The notes: a model not told the origin generated them from the sequence alone. Counted from the first letter of the stretch, positions 9,884 to 20,222 are shown. The stretch is DNA of 64,000 nt from an uncultured Methylomirabilota bacterium (GCA_963845565.1 CAWJSJ010000002.1:256001-320000), one strand, 5' to 3'. Translations and numbers: made by a program.

Positions 9884-10645
9884 ATGAAATCGCTCGAAGG
9901 AAAAGTTTCATTGGTGACTGGGGCAGCCGTCGGGATCGGTCGCGCCATCGCCGTCGCCTACGGCCGGGAAGGCGCCAAGGTCGTCGTGAACTACTCCAAG
10001 TCCCGGCACGAGGCCGAGGAGACGGCCCGACTCGTCGCACAGGCAGGCGGCGAGGCGACGCTGATCCAGGCGGACGTCGCCCAGGACCGGCAGGTCCGGG
10101 CGATGGTCGCCCAGACGCTGGAGAAGCTCGGTCGCCTCGACATCCTGGTGAACAACGCCGGGATCACGGCCTTCGTGGACTTCCCCGATCTGGAGGGGCT
10201 CACCGATGACGTCTGGGATCGCCTGTACCAGGTCAACGTCAAGGGGACCTTCTTCTGCTGCCGCGCTGCGACGGCGCCGATGAAGAAGCAGGGGCACGGC
10301 CGCATCATCAATCTGGCCTCGGTGGCCGGCCTCTGGCCCCAGGGCAGCTCCATCGCGTACTGCTGTTCCAAGGCGGCCGTGATCCAGCTCAGCAAGTGCC
10401 TGGCCCGGACCCTTGGCCCCGAGATCCAGGTGAACGTCATCGCGCCGGGCTTTATCGCCGAAACGCGCTGGAACGTGGGGCGCCCCAATCTGGAACCCAC
10501 CATCGCCAAGGCGGCCCAGGTGGCCCCGCTCAAGCGGGTCGGAACGGCTGAAGATATCGCCGACGCGGCGCTGTTCCTGGCAACCCGCGGCGACTTCATG
10601 ACGGGAGACGTGATGGTCGTGGACGGCGGCCGGTTGGTCGCATAA
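9884..10645 (+). CDS. Short-chain dehydrogenase/reductase (FabG-like)
   Basis: TGAAVGIG, NNAG and YCCSK motifs. Confidence 0.93.
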   Translation: MKSLEGKVSLVTGAAVGIGRAIAVAYGREGAKVVVNYSKSRHEAEETARLVAQAGGEATLIQADVAQDRQVRAMVAQTLEKLGRLDILVNNAGITAFVDFPDLEGLTDDVWDRLYQVNVKGTFFCCRAATAPMKKQGHGRIINLASVAGLWPQGSSIAYCCSKAAVIQLSKCLARTLGPEIQVNVIAPGFIAETRWNVGRPNLEPTIAKAAQVAPLKRVGTAEDIADAALFLATRGDFMTGDVMVVDGGRLVA

Positions 10646-10892
10646 GTCTCGTGCGGCGCGTCTTGCCGCCGGCGGAGGGGTGTCCTGCGAGGCGTCCGCG
10701 GGTGCGGATGTCGGGCTCCTCTTCTCTTTGAGACAACTGGCATTCTGATCTCGCATCGGAGACCCTGGAATGGTAACGTATCGTCCGCAAGGAATCCTGT
10801 AGGCATAGCGATGGCCTTCGCGTCCGGCCCCCGTTCCGATTTCGTTCAGCGCGCGTGACCCCCTTTCCGAGTCCACTGGGAGGACTGTGCTC

Positions 10893-13096
10893 ATGGAACC
10901 GATCGCGGAGCAGCAGGGTCAAGACGTCCTGCGCACCTTGCCGGGAGACGACGTCCGGCAGATCCTGTGGCGGTTTGCCGACCGGTACGACCTGCAGATG
11001 CTGGTCCAATCCTCGCGAGCCGTGGCCCGCGGCCCGGTGGCCCGGCTGGTGGCGGAGGGAGCACGAAACTCCCACGAATGGACCGACCAGAAGGCCCAGC
11101 TCCTGAAGGCCTTCGACGAGTCCGGGATCACGGCGCTCTTCATGGATCCGGCGCAGGGAGGGTTTGTCGAGGGTCCCAAGAATCTGGCGATGGCGCTGAT
11201 CGCCTTCGAGCTGTCCTGGGTGGACGCGGGCGCCGCCACCTGCAGTCTGGCGGGGAATTTGGGCCTCGCCCCCATCCACGAGCGCGGCACGCCGGAGCAA
11301 CGGGACACGTACATGCGGCACGCCGTCCCACCCCAGCCCGGCGAGGATCGCGAGATCTGGCGCGGCGCCTTCAGCCTCACCGAACCCCTGCCCTACGTCG
11401 GCGTCGAGACGGGCCTGCTGGGGGGCAAGGTTCGCGTGGCCGAATGGGAGGACGGGAAGGAGCCGATGCTCCAGGTGGACAAGCGCGGGCGGTTCATCAC
11501 CAACATGGGTTTCGCCAACTTCGTGACCGCCGCCGTGGACTCTGCCGACCCGCGGATCAAGGGCAGTTGCATGGTGATCTTGGAGCAGACCGACGCCGGG
11601 GTGTTCGACCGGGGGGCGCCCACCAAGAAGTTGGTCCACCAGCTCTCCTCGACGTGCGACCCGGTCTTCAGCCTGCGCGTGCCCGCCAGCCGGATCATCG
11701 GTGGGTACACCGTGAAGGACGGCGTGATCGTCCCCCGCTACAACCACGGCGACATCATCGAGGCGGTCTTCCGTCGCACGCGCGTGACCGTCGGACTGAT
11801 GACGGCGGCCAAGCTTCTCTCCGCGGTGGAGCCGGTGATCCGCTACCAGCGCGGCCGCTTCCGGGGAGGCGAGAGTATCGCCCCGGGCTCCCCGCGGTAC
11901 GAGCTCGGTCTGCAGCAGAAGGAAGACGCCCTGCACCGGTTGGTGGATATCTGGGCCACGGGAGAGGCCGCGGCCTCGCTCGGTTTTGCGGCGGCGCGCC
12001 TGTTCGACGAGCTGGACCCGCTGGAACGCCGGAAGGACGAGCTCTTCGCCGCACAGGGGATCAGCGGCGGGACCGCCCAGCTTCGCGCCTTTCGCCGGGT
12101 GCAGAAAGACGCCCTGGAATTCCTCGCCCTCGACGGAAAACCCCCGGCTGCGCGGGATGTCCAGCGGCATCAAGCGCTCCAGGGCGACATCTTGGCGCAG
12201 TTCCTTATCCAGGACGCCCTGGCGAGCGTGCTCTGTCCTGCCTGTAAGCTGTGGAACACCGGCCACGGCGCGAACATGATGCGGGAGGCGGTCAGCCTGA
12301 TGGGCGGGTACGGCATCACGGAAGACTGCCCGGGCTTCCTGGGTCACAAATGGATGGACGCCCAGCTGGAGGCGACCTACGAGGGCCCCGAGGCCGTCCA
12401 GCGTCGCCAGCTCTCCGTGACCATGGCGAGCGAGCTGTTTCTGGCCCAGTTCGAGGGCTGGATCGCCGAGATGCGCGGCATCGCCTCCCGACGACCCGGA
12501 ACCGGCGCCTGTACGCTCGCCACGGCCATGCAGCTCTGGCTCTGGACGCTGCATCACCTCCAGGCGGCCACCGACGCCGACGGCGGCAAGCTCTATCACG
12601 GGAATCGCCAGGGGGTGACGTTCCCGCTGGCCGACGCGCTCTGCTGGCTGCTGGCCAGTCGGTGCCAGATCCTCGACCTCCTGGAGCTGGAAGCCAAGGG
12701 GCCGGGGAGCGCGGTCCCGGCCGAGGGGCTGCCAGGCGTCGTGGGCTTCCTGACCGATCTGTGCCACGTCCACGCCGCTCGGGCCGCCGGCGAGGTGGGC
12801 CGCGTCTGCGCCGAACTCGTGTACGGTTACAATCGCCACGCGGCGTGGGACGGCGCCGCCGGGTGCGGACCGGACGCCTGCGACCCGCTGGCGACCCTTG
12901 GTGTCGATGCCTCGGGGGGACGATGCCGGCCGGCCCCAAGGCCGGCCCGTGCGTCCGGTTCGACGGCATGGAAGCCTTTGTCCGGCTGCGGCTGAAGTTG
13001 GACGGGTGCCTCACCGGTGTGCGTCTGGCCAAGGATCGGGCGGCGGCGGCGCTCACCAAGGTCATGATTCCCGAGGCGCTGGACTATCCGGCGTGA
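10893..13096 (+). CDS. Long acyl-CoA dehydrogenase family protein, apparent frameshift near 12915
   Basis: FSLTEP, FITN, MGGYG and TYEG motifs. The plausible C-terminus (..CVRFDGMEAF..VMIPEALDYPA*) lies in another frame after a G6 run. Confidence 0.85.
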
Positions 13097-13112
13097 AGCA
13101 GGGCGGATCAGT

Positions 13113-13235
13113 AGGCTGCTCAAAAAGGCCCATCTGCGGCGTTGGCCGGCCTTGGCACTCGCTGCGGCGTACCTCCAGTACGCCTCGCTCGGCCTTCGGC
13201 CCGCCGCCTTGCATCTGGGCCTTTTTGAGCAGCCT
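13113..13235. mobile_element. MITE family 1, copy B
   Basis: Perfect 20-bp inverted repeat aggctgctcaaaaaggccca; homologous to 8298-8424. Confidence 0.78.
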
Positions 13236-13263
13236 GGGCGAAAACGGGTTTCAGTATCCTGTT

Positions 13264-13302
13264 AGCCGTTACGAAATAACCAGTTGTTCGTTGACAACGG
13301 CT
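13264..13302. mobile_element. MITE family 2, short copy
   Basis: agccgttacgaaataac...ttgacaacggct. Confidence 0.65.
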
Positions 13303-13349
13303 CACGGCACGATGTGGTCGACCGACGTGATCGATATGCGAGTTGCGAG

Positions 13350-15215
13350 ATGACTGACACGGCGGCCTCCGCGGCCGAGCGCCAGGCGATGGATGTGGAT
13401 ATCGTCTGCGTGGGATTTGGGCCGGCCACCGGCGGATTCCTCACAAGGCTGGCTGCCGGGCTCACGAATCCGGACGGCACGCCGGCCGTCGAGAGCCGTG
13501 CGATGCCGGGGATGCCGCCCCAGGTGATCTGCTACGAGCGGGCGGACGACATCGCCTTCGGCGTCTCCGGCATCGTGACGGGCGCCCGCGGGATCCGTGC
13601 AACCTTCCCGAATCTCAACCCGTCCGAGATCCCGATGGCCGCGCCGGTGCGCGAAGAGCGCGTCGTCTATCTGCTCGATCCCGTCGGGGCCAGCCGGCGC
13701 TCGGCTGTGCTGCGGCTCGCCGACCGCGTGATCCGTCTGCTGAAGCGTTTCCTTCCCGTCGATAGCGATGCGCTGCGCCTCCCCTACATCCCCCCCTTCC
13801 TGCGCAAGGACGGCGGCCTGCTGCTCTCCATGGGCCAGTTCACCCAATGGGTGGGCGCCCAGGTGATGGGAACAGGCCTGGTGCAGATCTGGCCGGGCAC
13901 ACCGGTGGCTCGGCCGCTGATCGAGGACGGCCGCGTGGCCGGCGTCCGGCTCCTGGACCAGGGCACCGACCGCGCCGGGCGCCCCGACGCGGGCTTCCTG
14001 CCCGGCATGGATGTGCGCGCCTCGCTCACCGTCGTCGGGGATGGGCCGGTTGGGCCGGTCGGCCGGCAGCTCGACGAGCATTTCGGGCTCCCGGCGGGCC
14101 ACCACCGGCGCGAGTGGGCCGTCGGGATGAAGATGGTGGTCGAGTTGCCCGAAGGTTGCCTCCTCGAGCCGGGAACCGTCGTCCACACCTTCGGCTACCC
14201 CGAACCCGAGATCTTCGGCTTTCTCTACGTGTATCCGGACCGGCTTGCCTCGCTCGGCATCTTCGTCCCGTCCTGGCTTGACAGCCCGGTCCGAACGGCG
14301 TATCGATACCTCCAGCATTGGATGCTCCACCCCTACCTGTGGCGACACCTCCGGGGGGCGAGACTCCGCTCCTGGGGCGCCAAGACGCTCCAGGAGTCCG
14401 GTCGGCGGGGTGAGCCGCACCTGGCGGGGCACGGCTACATCCGGATCGGCGAGGGCTCGGGCAGCACCAACGTCCTGACCGGCTCCGGCGTGGACGAGGC
14501 GTGGACGACGGGCGTGCTGGCGGCCGATGGTGTGCTGGAGTTGTTGCGGGCCGGCCAGCCGTTCACCCAGAAGAACCTCGAGCGGGCCTACGTCGCGCGG
14601 CGCCGCGTGAGCTGGGTCGAGGCGGAGGGGCGCGTCGCCGAACGCGCGCGGGACGGGTTCCTGCGCGGCGTCGTGTCGGGCCTTTTGGGGATGGCCCTGG
14701 CCGGTGTCACGGGCGGGCGGTTGGCCCTCACCGGTCCGTCACTGCCTCCCGCCCGGCGGATCCCGCCCTTGGACGCGTTCTACGCCGGGCGGATCCCGGC
14801 GGCCGAGATCGTCCGGATTCGCGAGGACTGCGCGAAACGCGCCGTCTCGGTCCACGACGCACTGATGGAGCGCGCCGGGTGGCCCGCCATACCCTACGAT
14901 GGGCAGCTTCTGGTCACGCATCAGGACGCCTTGCTCATGGGCGGGAAGGTTCAGGCGCCGGCAGGGTATGCGGACCACGTCCTGTTCTTGTACCCGAACC
15001 TGTGCGAGACGTGCGGGAGCAAGGTCTGCATCGAAATGTGCTCGGGGCAGGCCATCGGCCAGGGCGACGGCGGCGTCCCGGCCTTTGATCGCGAGAAATG
15101 CGTCCACTGCGGCGCCTGCCTGTGGAACTGCGCCGCGCCGCATCCCGAGGACCCGGAGCGCACCAACATCGAGTTTCGGACCGGGACGGGCGGTCTGCAT
15201 TCGGCGGAGAACTGA
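13350..15215 (+). CDS. ETF:quinone oxidoreductase-like (FixC-FixX fusion) flavoprotein with C-terminal Fe-S domain
   Basis: VCVGFGPA FAD motif; C-terminal CETC..C..C and CVHCGAC; sits in an operon with etf genes. Confidence 0.85.
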   Translation: MTDTAASAAERQAMDVDIVCVGFGPATGGFLTRLAAGLTNPDGTPAVESRAMPGMPPQVICYERADDIAFGVSGIVTGARGIRATFPNLNPSEIPMAAPVREERVVYLLDPVGASRRSAVLRLADRVIRLLKRFLPVDSDALRLPYIPPFLRKDGGLLLSMGQFTQWVGAQVMGTGLVQIWPGTPVARPLIEDGRVAGVRLLDQGTDRAGRPDAGFLPGMDVRASLTVVGDGPVGPVGRQLDEHFGLPAGHHRREWAVGMKMVVELPEGCLLEPGTVVHTFGYPEPEIFGFLYVYPDRLASLGIFVPSWLDSPVRTAYRYLQHWMLHPYLWRHLRGARLRSWGAKTLQESGRRGEPHLAGHGYIRIGEGSGSTNVLTGSGVDEAWTTGVLAADGVLELLRAGQPFTQKNLERAYVARRRVSWVEAEGRVAERARDGFLRGVVSGLLGMALAGVTGGRLALTGPSLPPARRIPPLDAFYAGRIPAAEIVRIREDCAKRAVSVHDALMERAGWPAIPYDGQLLVTHQDALLMGGKVQAPAGYADHVLFLYPNLCETCGSKVCIEMCSGQAIGQGDGGVPAFDREKCVHCGACLWNCAAPHPEDPERTNIEFRTGTGGLHSAEN

Positions 15216-15220
15216 GCCAC

Positions 15221-15290
15221 CGGTTCGACCGTTCGGCAGTTCGGCGGTTCGACGGTTCCCGAACAGCCGAACCGCAGTACCGTCGAACCG
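15221..15290. repeat. Inverted array of 8-mer tandem repeats
   Basis: gttcgacc/gttcggca/gttcggcg/gttcgacg followed by complementary cgaacagc/cgaaccgc/../cgaaccg. Confidence 0.65.
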
Positions 15291-15317
15291 TATACACTCA
15301 CACGGAGCGAGGTGCAC

Positions 15318-16130
15318 ATGAGTGCGTTGTTCCACATCGTCGTGTGCGGCGGGATCGTTCCGGATCCCTTGCAGACTCTGGAGCCCGTCGGAAGTCCGAC
15401 CGGCCCAAGTCTGAAGAACGAGCTGATGCTCCCTGCGGTATTGGACCCGTGGGCCGCCCACGCCCTCTACGAGGCGGCCCATCTGGCCAAGGCGGCGCCG
15501 GGGAGCAAGGTGTGGCTGGTCAGCCTTGGCCCCAAGGCCAAACTCCAGCAGGTGATGATGACCATCGCCCAGAAGGTCCCCTTCGAGCTCGTGCCGCTGG
15601 ATGGACCGGGCGGCGGCTTCACCGAGTCGGCGGAGGTCGGTGCCGTCCTGGCCGACGCCATCCAGGCCATCCCGGGCCTGGACCGGTCCCGCCTCTTGGT
15701 GTTCGGCGGGTGGGAATCGGCCTCCCGGGGCGCCGGGAGCACCCTGCAGCAGGTCGGCGAGCGCTTGGGGATCGTGGATCAGTTCCAGGGCGTGGACTAT
15801 CTCGGCGTCGGACCCGACGGTGTTCTCCAGATCCTGGAGCGGGTGGAGGGCGGGAAACACCAGGCCTCGACGTGCGCCGGGCCGCCGGCCCTGCTGGGTT
15901 GGGCCACCGGGAGTCTTCCCGAGCCCCCCAACAATCCGCAAATCGGCATGGTCAACATGCGGACCGTCATGCCGGCGCTGCAGCGGGCCAAACCGGCCAA
16001 GGTCGGCATCGAGGCCGCCGGCTTCTTGCGGGTGGCGCTGCCCGCCCAGCGACGCGAGACGCGGATCGTGAAGGACCTCCCCGTCGACGACATCGCGCAG
16101 GAGATCGTGGACTGGATCGGAACGAAGTAA
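15318..16130 (+). CDS. etfB: Electron transfer flavoprotein beta subunit (divergent)
   Basis: IVVC..VPDP, LDPW..ALYEA and SLGP motifs; operon context. Confidence 0.8.
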   Translation: MSALFHIVVCGGIVPDPLQTLEPVGSPTGPSLKNELMLPAVLDPWAAHALYEAAHLAKAAPGSKVWLVSLGPKAKLQQVMMTIAQKVPFELVPLDGPGGGFTESAEVGAVLADAIQAIPGLDRSRLLVFGGWESASRGAGSTLQQVGERLGIVDQFQGVDYLGVGPDGVLQILERVEGGKHQASTCAGPPALLGWATGSLPEPPNNPQIGMVNMRTVMPALQRAKPAKVGIEAAGFLRVALPAQRRETRIVKDLPVDDIAQEIVDWIGTK

Positions 16131-16160
16131 GCCGTTGTCAAAGAATTTCGTAACGGCTCC
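16130..16160. mobile_element. MITE family 2, minimal copy
   Basis: agccgttgtcaaagaatttcgtaacggctcc, directly at the etfB TAA. Confidence 0.65.
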
Positions 16161-16184
16161 CAAGACGGAGGTCGAGAGCACGCC

Positions 16185-17228
16185 ATGGAGACCATCCTGG
16201 TTCTGGCCCATACGGAGATGGACGGATCGCTCGGCCGGCCGGCCCGTGAGGCCGTGACCGGCGCCCGGTCGCTGCAGTCCCGGCTGGACGGGTCGATTCT
16301 GATCGTCGGACTGGTTGGAGCGGACGTGAAAGCGGCCGCCGACGCGGCCGCGGGCTGCGGCGCCGACCGGTTCCTGGGGGTCTCCGGGGCGGCCTTTGCG
16401 CAGTCCCGCTATGCGACCGACGCCCTCGCCGCGGAGGCCCTCTGCCGTGCGGCCGGCGCGACGCTGATCCTGGCGCCGGGCACCTCGCGCTGGTGCCGGA
16501 CGCTCCCCGGCGTGGCCCACCGCGTGGGCGGCCGCACGGATACGCACGCCACGGACCTCTCGGTCGCGGACGACGCCGTCTCCATCGTTCGGTGGTATTA
16601 TCGCCAGCGGATGGAGGCCACCTTCCGGCGGACGCAGCGCCCCTGGGTCATCCTGGTGGACCCGGGGTGCCTCTCGCCGTGGGACGGCGCCGCCGGGACC
16701 GCTTCGCTCCACGCCGTGCCGGTGGAGATTCCGGCCGCATGCCTCCGCACGGCGGTCACCGGGCTGCAAGCCCCCGCCGCGGATGCGCAGACGATCCGGC
16801 CGGACGCGGATCTGCTCTTCGTGGCCGGCGCCGGCTGGACAAAGACGCAGCCCGACGGCAAGGCCCACACCGCCGATGCTGCAAAGCTGATCTTGGGGTT
16901 TCTGCGAAAGAGCCAGGCCTCTCTGGGGGGAAGCAAGTCGCTGGTGGATCTGTCCGGCGAGGGGCAGGCGGTGCTGCCCTTCATGACGCACCTGAACCAG
17001 ATCGGTCAGACCGGCGCCACGCCGAGACATCCCAAGGGGCTGGCGACGTGCTGCCATGGGGAAGAGCCGCACGCCGTGGGATGGCGGTTCATCAGCGAGC
17101 GGCGGGCGGTGAATCTGGATCCGAACTGCGGCTGGGCCCGTGGGAAGGCGGACGTTCTCTACGTCGCCGACGCCTTCGCCGTGATGGCGAAGGTCAATGC
17201 CCTGCTCGCCGAGACGACACCTGCGTAG
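16185..17228 (+). CDS. etfA: Electron transfer flavoprotein alpha subunit (divergent)
   Basis: VAGAG, QIGQTG and AVNLDP..ADVLYVADA motifs. Confidence 0.82.
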   Translation: METILVLAHTEMDGSLGRPAREAVTGARSLQSRLDGSILIVGLVGADVKAAADAAAGCGADRFLGVSGAAFAQSRYATDALAAEALCRAAGATLILAPGTSRWCRTLPGVAHRVGGRTDTHATDLSVADDAVSIVRWYYRQRMEATFRRTQRPWVILVDPGCLSPWDGAAGTASLHAVPVEIPAACLRTAVTGLQAPAADAQTIRPDADLLFVAGAGWTKTQPDGKAHTADAAKLILGFLRKSQASLGGSKSLVDLSGEGQAVLPFMTHLNQIGQTGATPRHPKGLATCCHGEEPHAVGWRFISERRAVNLDPNCGWARGKADVLYVADAFAVMAKVNALLAETTPA

Positions 17229-18216
17229 CCGCGGCCAGCTGTCGCAGGCAACCGCGCACCGCCTCCAAGGCCGCTTCGGCCTCGTTCCGGGTCAACGGGG
17301 CAGCCGCGCGGGACGACCGTGCGGAGCGCACCAGCGCCGGGAACGCTGCCAGGGCCGAGCCGATCTTCAGGCTGCCGTCGGCGAGTAAACGCCCCTTAGT
17401 CGCGGCGACTACGAGGGGTGTCAGCGATGCTCTGCCGCGTCCGGTGCCGACTCCTGCCCGCTTGAGCGCGTCGGCCAGCAACGCCTCCAGGATACCCCCG
17501 CAGAGAACCACGCAGCTCTTCCACCCCAGGACGTGACAGACATCCTGGGCCTCGTGCCAGTCCGAGGCCAACCGCTCGCGGAGCCGTGCGTCCTCCACGA
17601 ACCAGAAGGCGCCGCCCGAGGCCCCGTTTTCGGCCGGAGCGGCGCGTGCCTGCGCCGCCACCGGAAAGTGGCGCAGGACGTGCTCTCGCAGGTACCGCGA
17701 GAGATCCGCCTCCGCCAGAAGCTCGTCCACGTCAATGGGCACACCCACGGTCCATTCCCGGTCGCCGAAGGCGCTGCCGCCGCCCCACCAGTGACTCAGC
17801 CGGATGAGTCGCTGCAGCAGGCGCGACTGGTCCGCCCCGAGATGCAGGACCGCCTCCACGTCCTGACTTCCGACCCACTCCACGGTCGGATCGGCGCGGT
17901 ACCGGTCGCGCACATATTCCAGGTACCGGACCAGCAACGTTTCCGACTCCTCGCCCTGCCCAGCCAGCAGTACGCCCAGGAACGTCAAGCGGTAGTAGGG
18001 TTTCCCCGCCTCGCGATACGTCTGCACCACCCCATCGCCCAGGCTGACCAGGTGGGCCTGCGCGGCGGCCGCCCCGAGGTGCTGATGGAGAAGGCGGGCC
18101 GGAACCCACCGGTTGTGATCGCAATAAAACGTCCACAGGGTGTCCAGGAAGGCCCGCTCCGGCGGCGTGAGCCGGCGGCGGAGGACGTCCAGGTCTGCGG
18201 CGGGTGACTGACCCAT
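17194..18216 (-). CDS. Hypothetical protein with a possible degenerate HEPN-like C-terminal helical domain
   Basis: Coding-like ORF; EAQDVCHVLGWKSCVVLCGGILEALL resembles the N-terminal helices of HEPN/DUF4145 domains. Confidence 0.55.
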   Translation of the reverse strand: MGQSPAADLDVLRRRLTPPERAFLDTLWTFYCDHNRWVPARLLHQHLGAAAAQAHLVSLGDGVVQTYREAGKPYYRLTFLGVLLAGQGEESETLLVRYLEYVRDRYRADPTVEWVGSQDVEAVLHLGADQSRLLQRLIRLSHWWGGGSAFGDREWTVGVPIDVDELLAEADLSRYLREHVLRHFPVAAQARAAPAENGASGGAFWFVEDARLRERLASDWHEAQDVCHVLGWKSCVVLCGGILEALLADALKRAGVGTGRGRASLTPLVVAATKGRLLADGSLKIGSALAAFPALVRSARSSRAAAPLTRNEAEAALEAVRGCLRQLAAATQVSSRRAGH

Positions 18217-18270
18217 CGTCGAAATCTCCGGAACGCTGCCTCCCGGACGCAAGGCGACGCGGGATTCGCG

Positions 18271-18654
18271 TTACAGGACGAGGCGCCCGTGCCCCAAAGG
18301 GTCGCCGGGGGCGAGCCGGCCCAGCACGGTTTCCAGCGCAGCCTGCTGGTCGACGGTAAGCTCGCCGAAGGCTACACCGCTCTCGTACCGGAGCAGCCGC
18401 TCGCCGTTGGGGCTCACCTCGGTGCCCACGATGGCGCTCCGGACGACGCGTGCGGGCAGGATCAGCGTGCCCAATGTTGCGGGCAGCTCGATGGTGCAGG
18501 TGAAGCCCGGCCGCAACAGGTTGTGGTGCTCGATGCGGGCCCCGGTGGTGCTGAGGTCCAGCAGGCGGGCGCTCAGCGTGGCGCGTATCCGTCCGCCGGG
18601 GCGCTCCGGGAGTTTCACGCGACGCCCTTTCCGACGCTCTCCGAGTTCGGCCAT
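18271..18654 (-). CDS. PilZ domain protein
   Basis: ERRKGRR (RxxxR) and DLSTTG (DxSxxG) motifs. Confidence 0.85.
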   Translation of the reverse strand: MAELGERRKGRRVKLPERPGGRIRATLSARLLDLSTTGARIEHHNLLRPGFTCTIELPATLGTLILPARVVRSAIVGTEVSPNGERLLRYESGVAFGELTVDQQAALETVLGRLAPGDPLGHGRLVL

Positions 18655-18869
18655 GGGACCTCCGTCTCCAGCGATGGTGAGGTACCGCCGTGCCCCGCCG
18701 GCACTCTCGGGTCTCTCGGACACCTTCGGCCGGTCACCGCAAGCTTATGCGGCCGGTGGGACCCGTGTCAAGGCCTCGTCTGGCTCCGGCTTTTCCAACA
18801 GGACGATGACGGCCATGGGCGGCCGGGGGTGCAAAGCGGAGTGGCCGGTCTCGCCCGGCCAACCGGCAT

Positions 18870-19397
18870 TCAGGCCGGCCAACCGACGTACTGGCCGTCC
18901 TCCCAGAGCTGGACCATGCGCGTCAGGATGGCCACAGAGCGCTCGAACCGCTCCGCCTGGGTCGCACCGGAGAGCGAGCCTGGCACCGCGCCGATCCGCG
19001 GTCGCTCCCGCTCGGCAAGCCGGTAATAGGCGCCGCGCAGCCGCTCCAGGGTGCCGTGGTTGCAGACGTCGAGGTTGGACGCGGGGGCGATGAGCGGGCG
19101 TGGACTATCGTGCAGCGGTCCCCAGTGGACGCAGTCGCGCAGATTGATGCCGAGGAGCCTCCGGGCGACCCGCGCGAATCCCATGAACCAGTCGGTCGTT
19201 CCGCCGCAGACGAGGCATCCGTCACACCCATCGTGGACGACGACCGCCCGGTACGCGGTGACCATCGGCCCGTCGCCCGTCATCCAGTAGACGTGCTTGT
19301 AGTGGCGCAGGCGGAGCGGGGGTGGAGCGGGGGGAACGCTGTGGGTGCGATGGGTGACGGCGATGCGGCGAACGGGAAGCAGTTTCTTCGTGCTCAT
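18870..19397 (-). CDS. Hypothetical protein with a Cys cluster
   Basis: Coding-like ORF containing CDGCLVC, CVHW and CNH. Confidence 0.5.
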   Translation of the reverse strand: MSTKKLLPVRRIAVTHRTHSVPPAPPPLRLRHYKHVYWMTGDGPMVTAYRAVVVHDGCDGCLVCGGTTDWFMGFARVARRLLGINLRDCVHWGPLHDSPRPLIAPASNLDVCNHGTLERLRGAYYRLAERERPRIGAVPGSLSGATQAERFERSVAILTRMVQLWEDGQYVGWPA

Positions 19398-19410
19398 GAC
19401 CGACTGCAGT

Positions 19411-20199
19411 CTAGCCGACCGGCGCGACACCGGGCAAGCGAAAAGCCGATGACCGCGTCGCCGGCACACCGCGACGGCGGTCCGCCTCGGCGAGCAGCGG
19501 CCGGAGTGCCGCGGTCATCCGGTCCGCGACGAGCCGGTGCCCCTTGGCGTTCGGATGGATCGCATCAACCCGCATGTCGGAACCGGCCAGGATCCCGCGC
19601 ATCACGTCGGCGATCAGCAACGCGCCGTGCCGGTCCGCCACGGCCTGGTACCCCGCGAGGTAGGGGTCCCCGCCCAGCCCCACGTTGATCTCCGCGATCG
19701 CGACCATCACTCCGCCCCGAACGAGGGTGGCGACGATGGCCTCCAGATGCCTGAGGGTTTCCTCGACGGGGACCCGACGCAGAAAATCGTTCCCGCCGAA
19801 CTCGACGACCACCAGGCGGGGGCCGTGCGGCAAGACGTCCCGCTCCATCCTGGCCAGACCGGCCCCCATCGTGTCCCCGGCCACGCCGGCGTTGGCGAAC
19901 GGAACGCCGAGCGCCTGGGCGACCAGCGCAGGAAAGCTTTCCTCGGGCCGGACGCCATAGCCCTGGGTGATGCTGTCGCCGAAAAAGACGATCAGGTCGC
20001 CCGGCGCCGCGAGGTTCGCGATCCGCCGGACGTCAAGCCGCGGCCCCGACCAGAACTGCCACAGCATGACAGCGACCACGGCAAGTAGGAGGCTGACCAC
20101 CGCTGCCCACAGCCAGTGCGGCGCCGGCCGCCCTCGCCGGCCGGATCCACCGCCGCGCCCCCGCGACCCCTCGGTCACCCCCGTCGTTGTCCGCCGCAC
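19411..20199 (-). CDS. GDSL/SGNH arylesterase (TesA-like) with N-terminal membrane anchor
   Basis: FGDSIT, NAGVAG, GGNDFL and DAIHP motifs; start inferred from GGAG-GTG. Confidence 0.88.
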   Translation of the reverse strand: MRRTTTGVTEGSRGRGGGSGRRGRPAPHWLWAAVVSLLLAVVAVMLWQFWSGPRLDVRRIANLAAPGDLIVFFGDSITQGYGVRPEESFPALVAQALGVPFANAGVAGDTMGAGLARMERDVLPHGPRLVVVEFGGNDFLRRVPVEETLRHLEAIVATLVRGGVMVAIAEINVGLGGDPYLAGYQAVADRHGALLIADVMRGILAGSDMRVDAIHPNAKGHRLVADRMTAALRPLLAEADRRRGVPATRSSAFRLPGVAPVG

Positions 20200-20222
20200 G
20201 ATCTTCTCCGATATGTCGCAAG

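Noticed and set aside
10738..10756. Sigma54-like TGGCA motif upstream of the ACAD operon
   Set aside because: The GG-to-GC spacing is not the required 10 nt.
10596..17072. Long antisense ORFs (e.g. 747 aa and 777 aa; similar ones at 38259, 52994, 58893)
   Set aside because: They are shadow frames of real genes in high-GC DNA and carry no family motifs.
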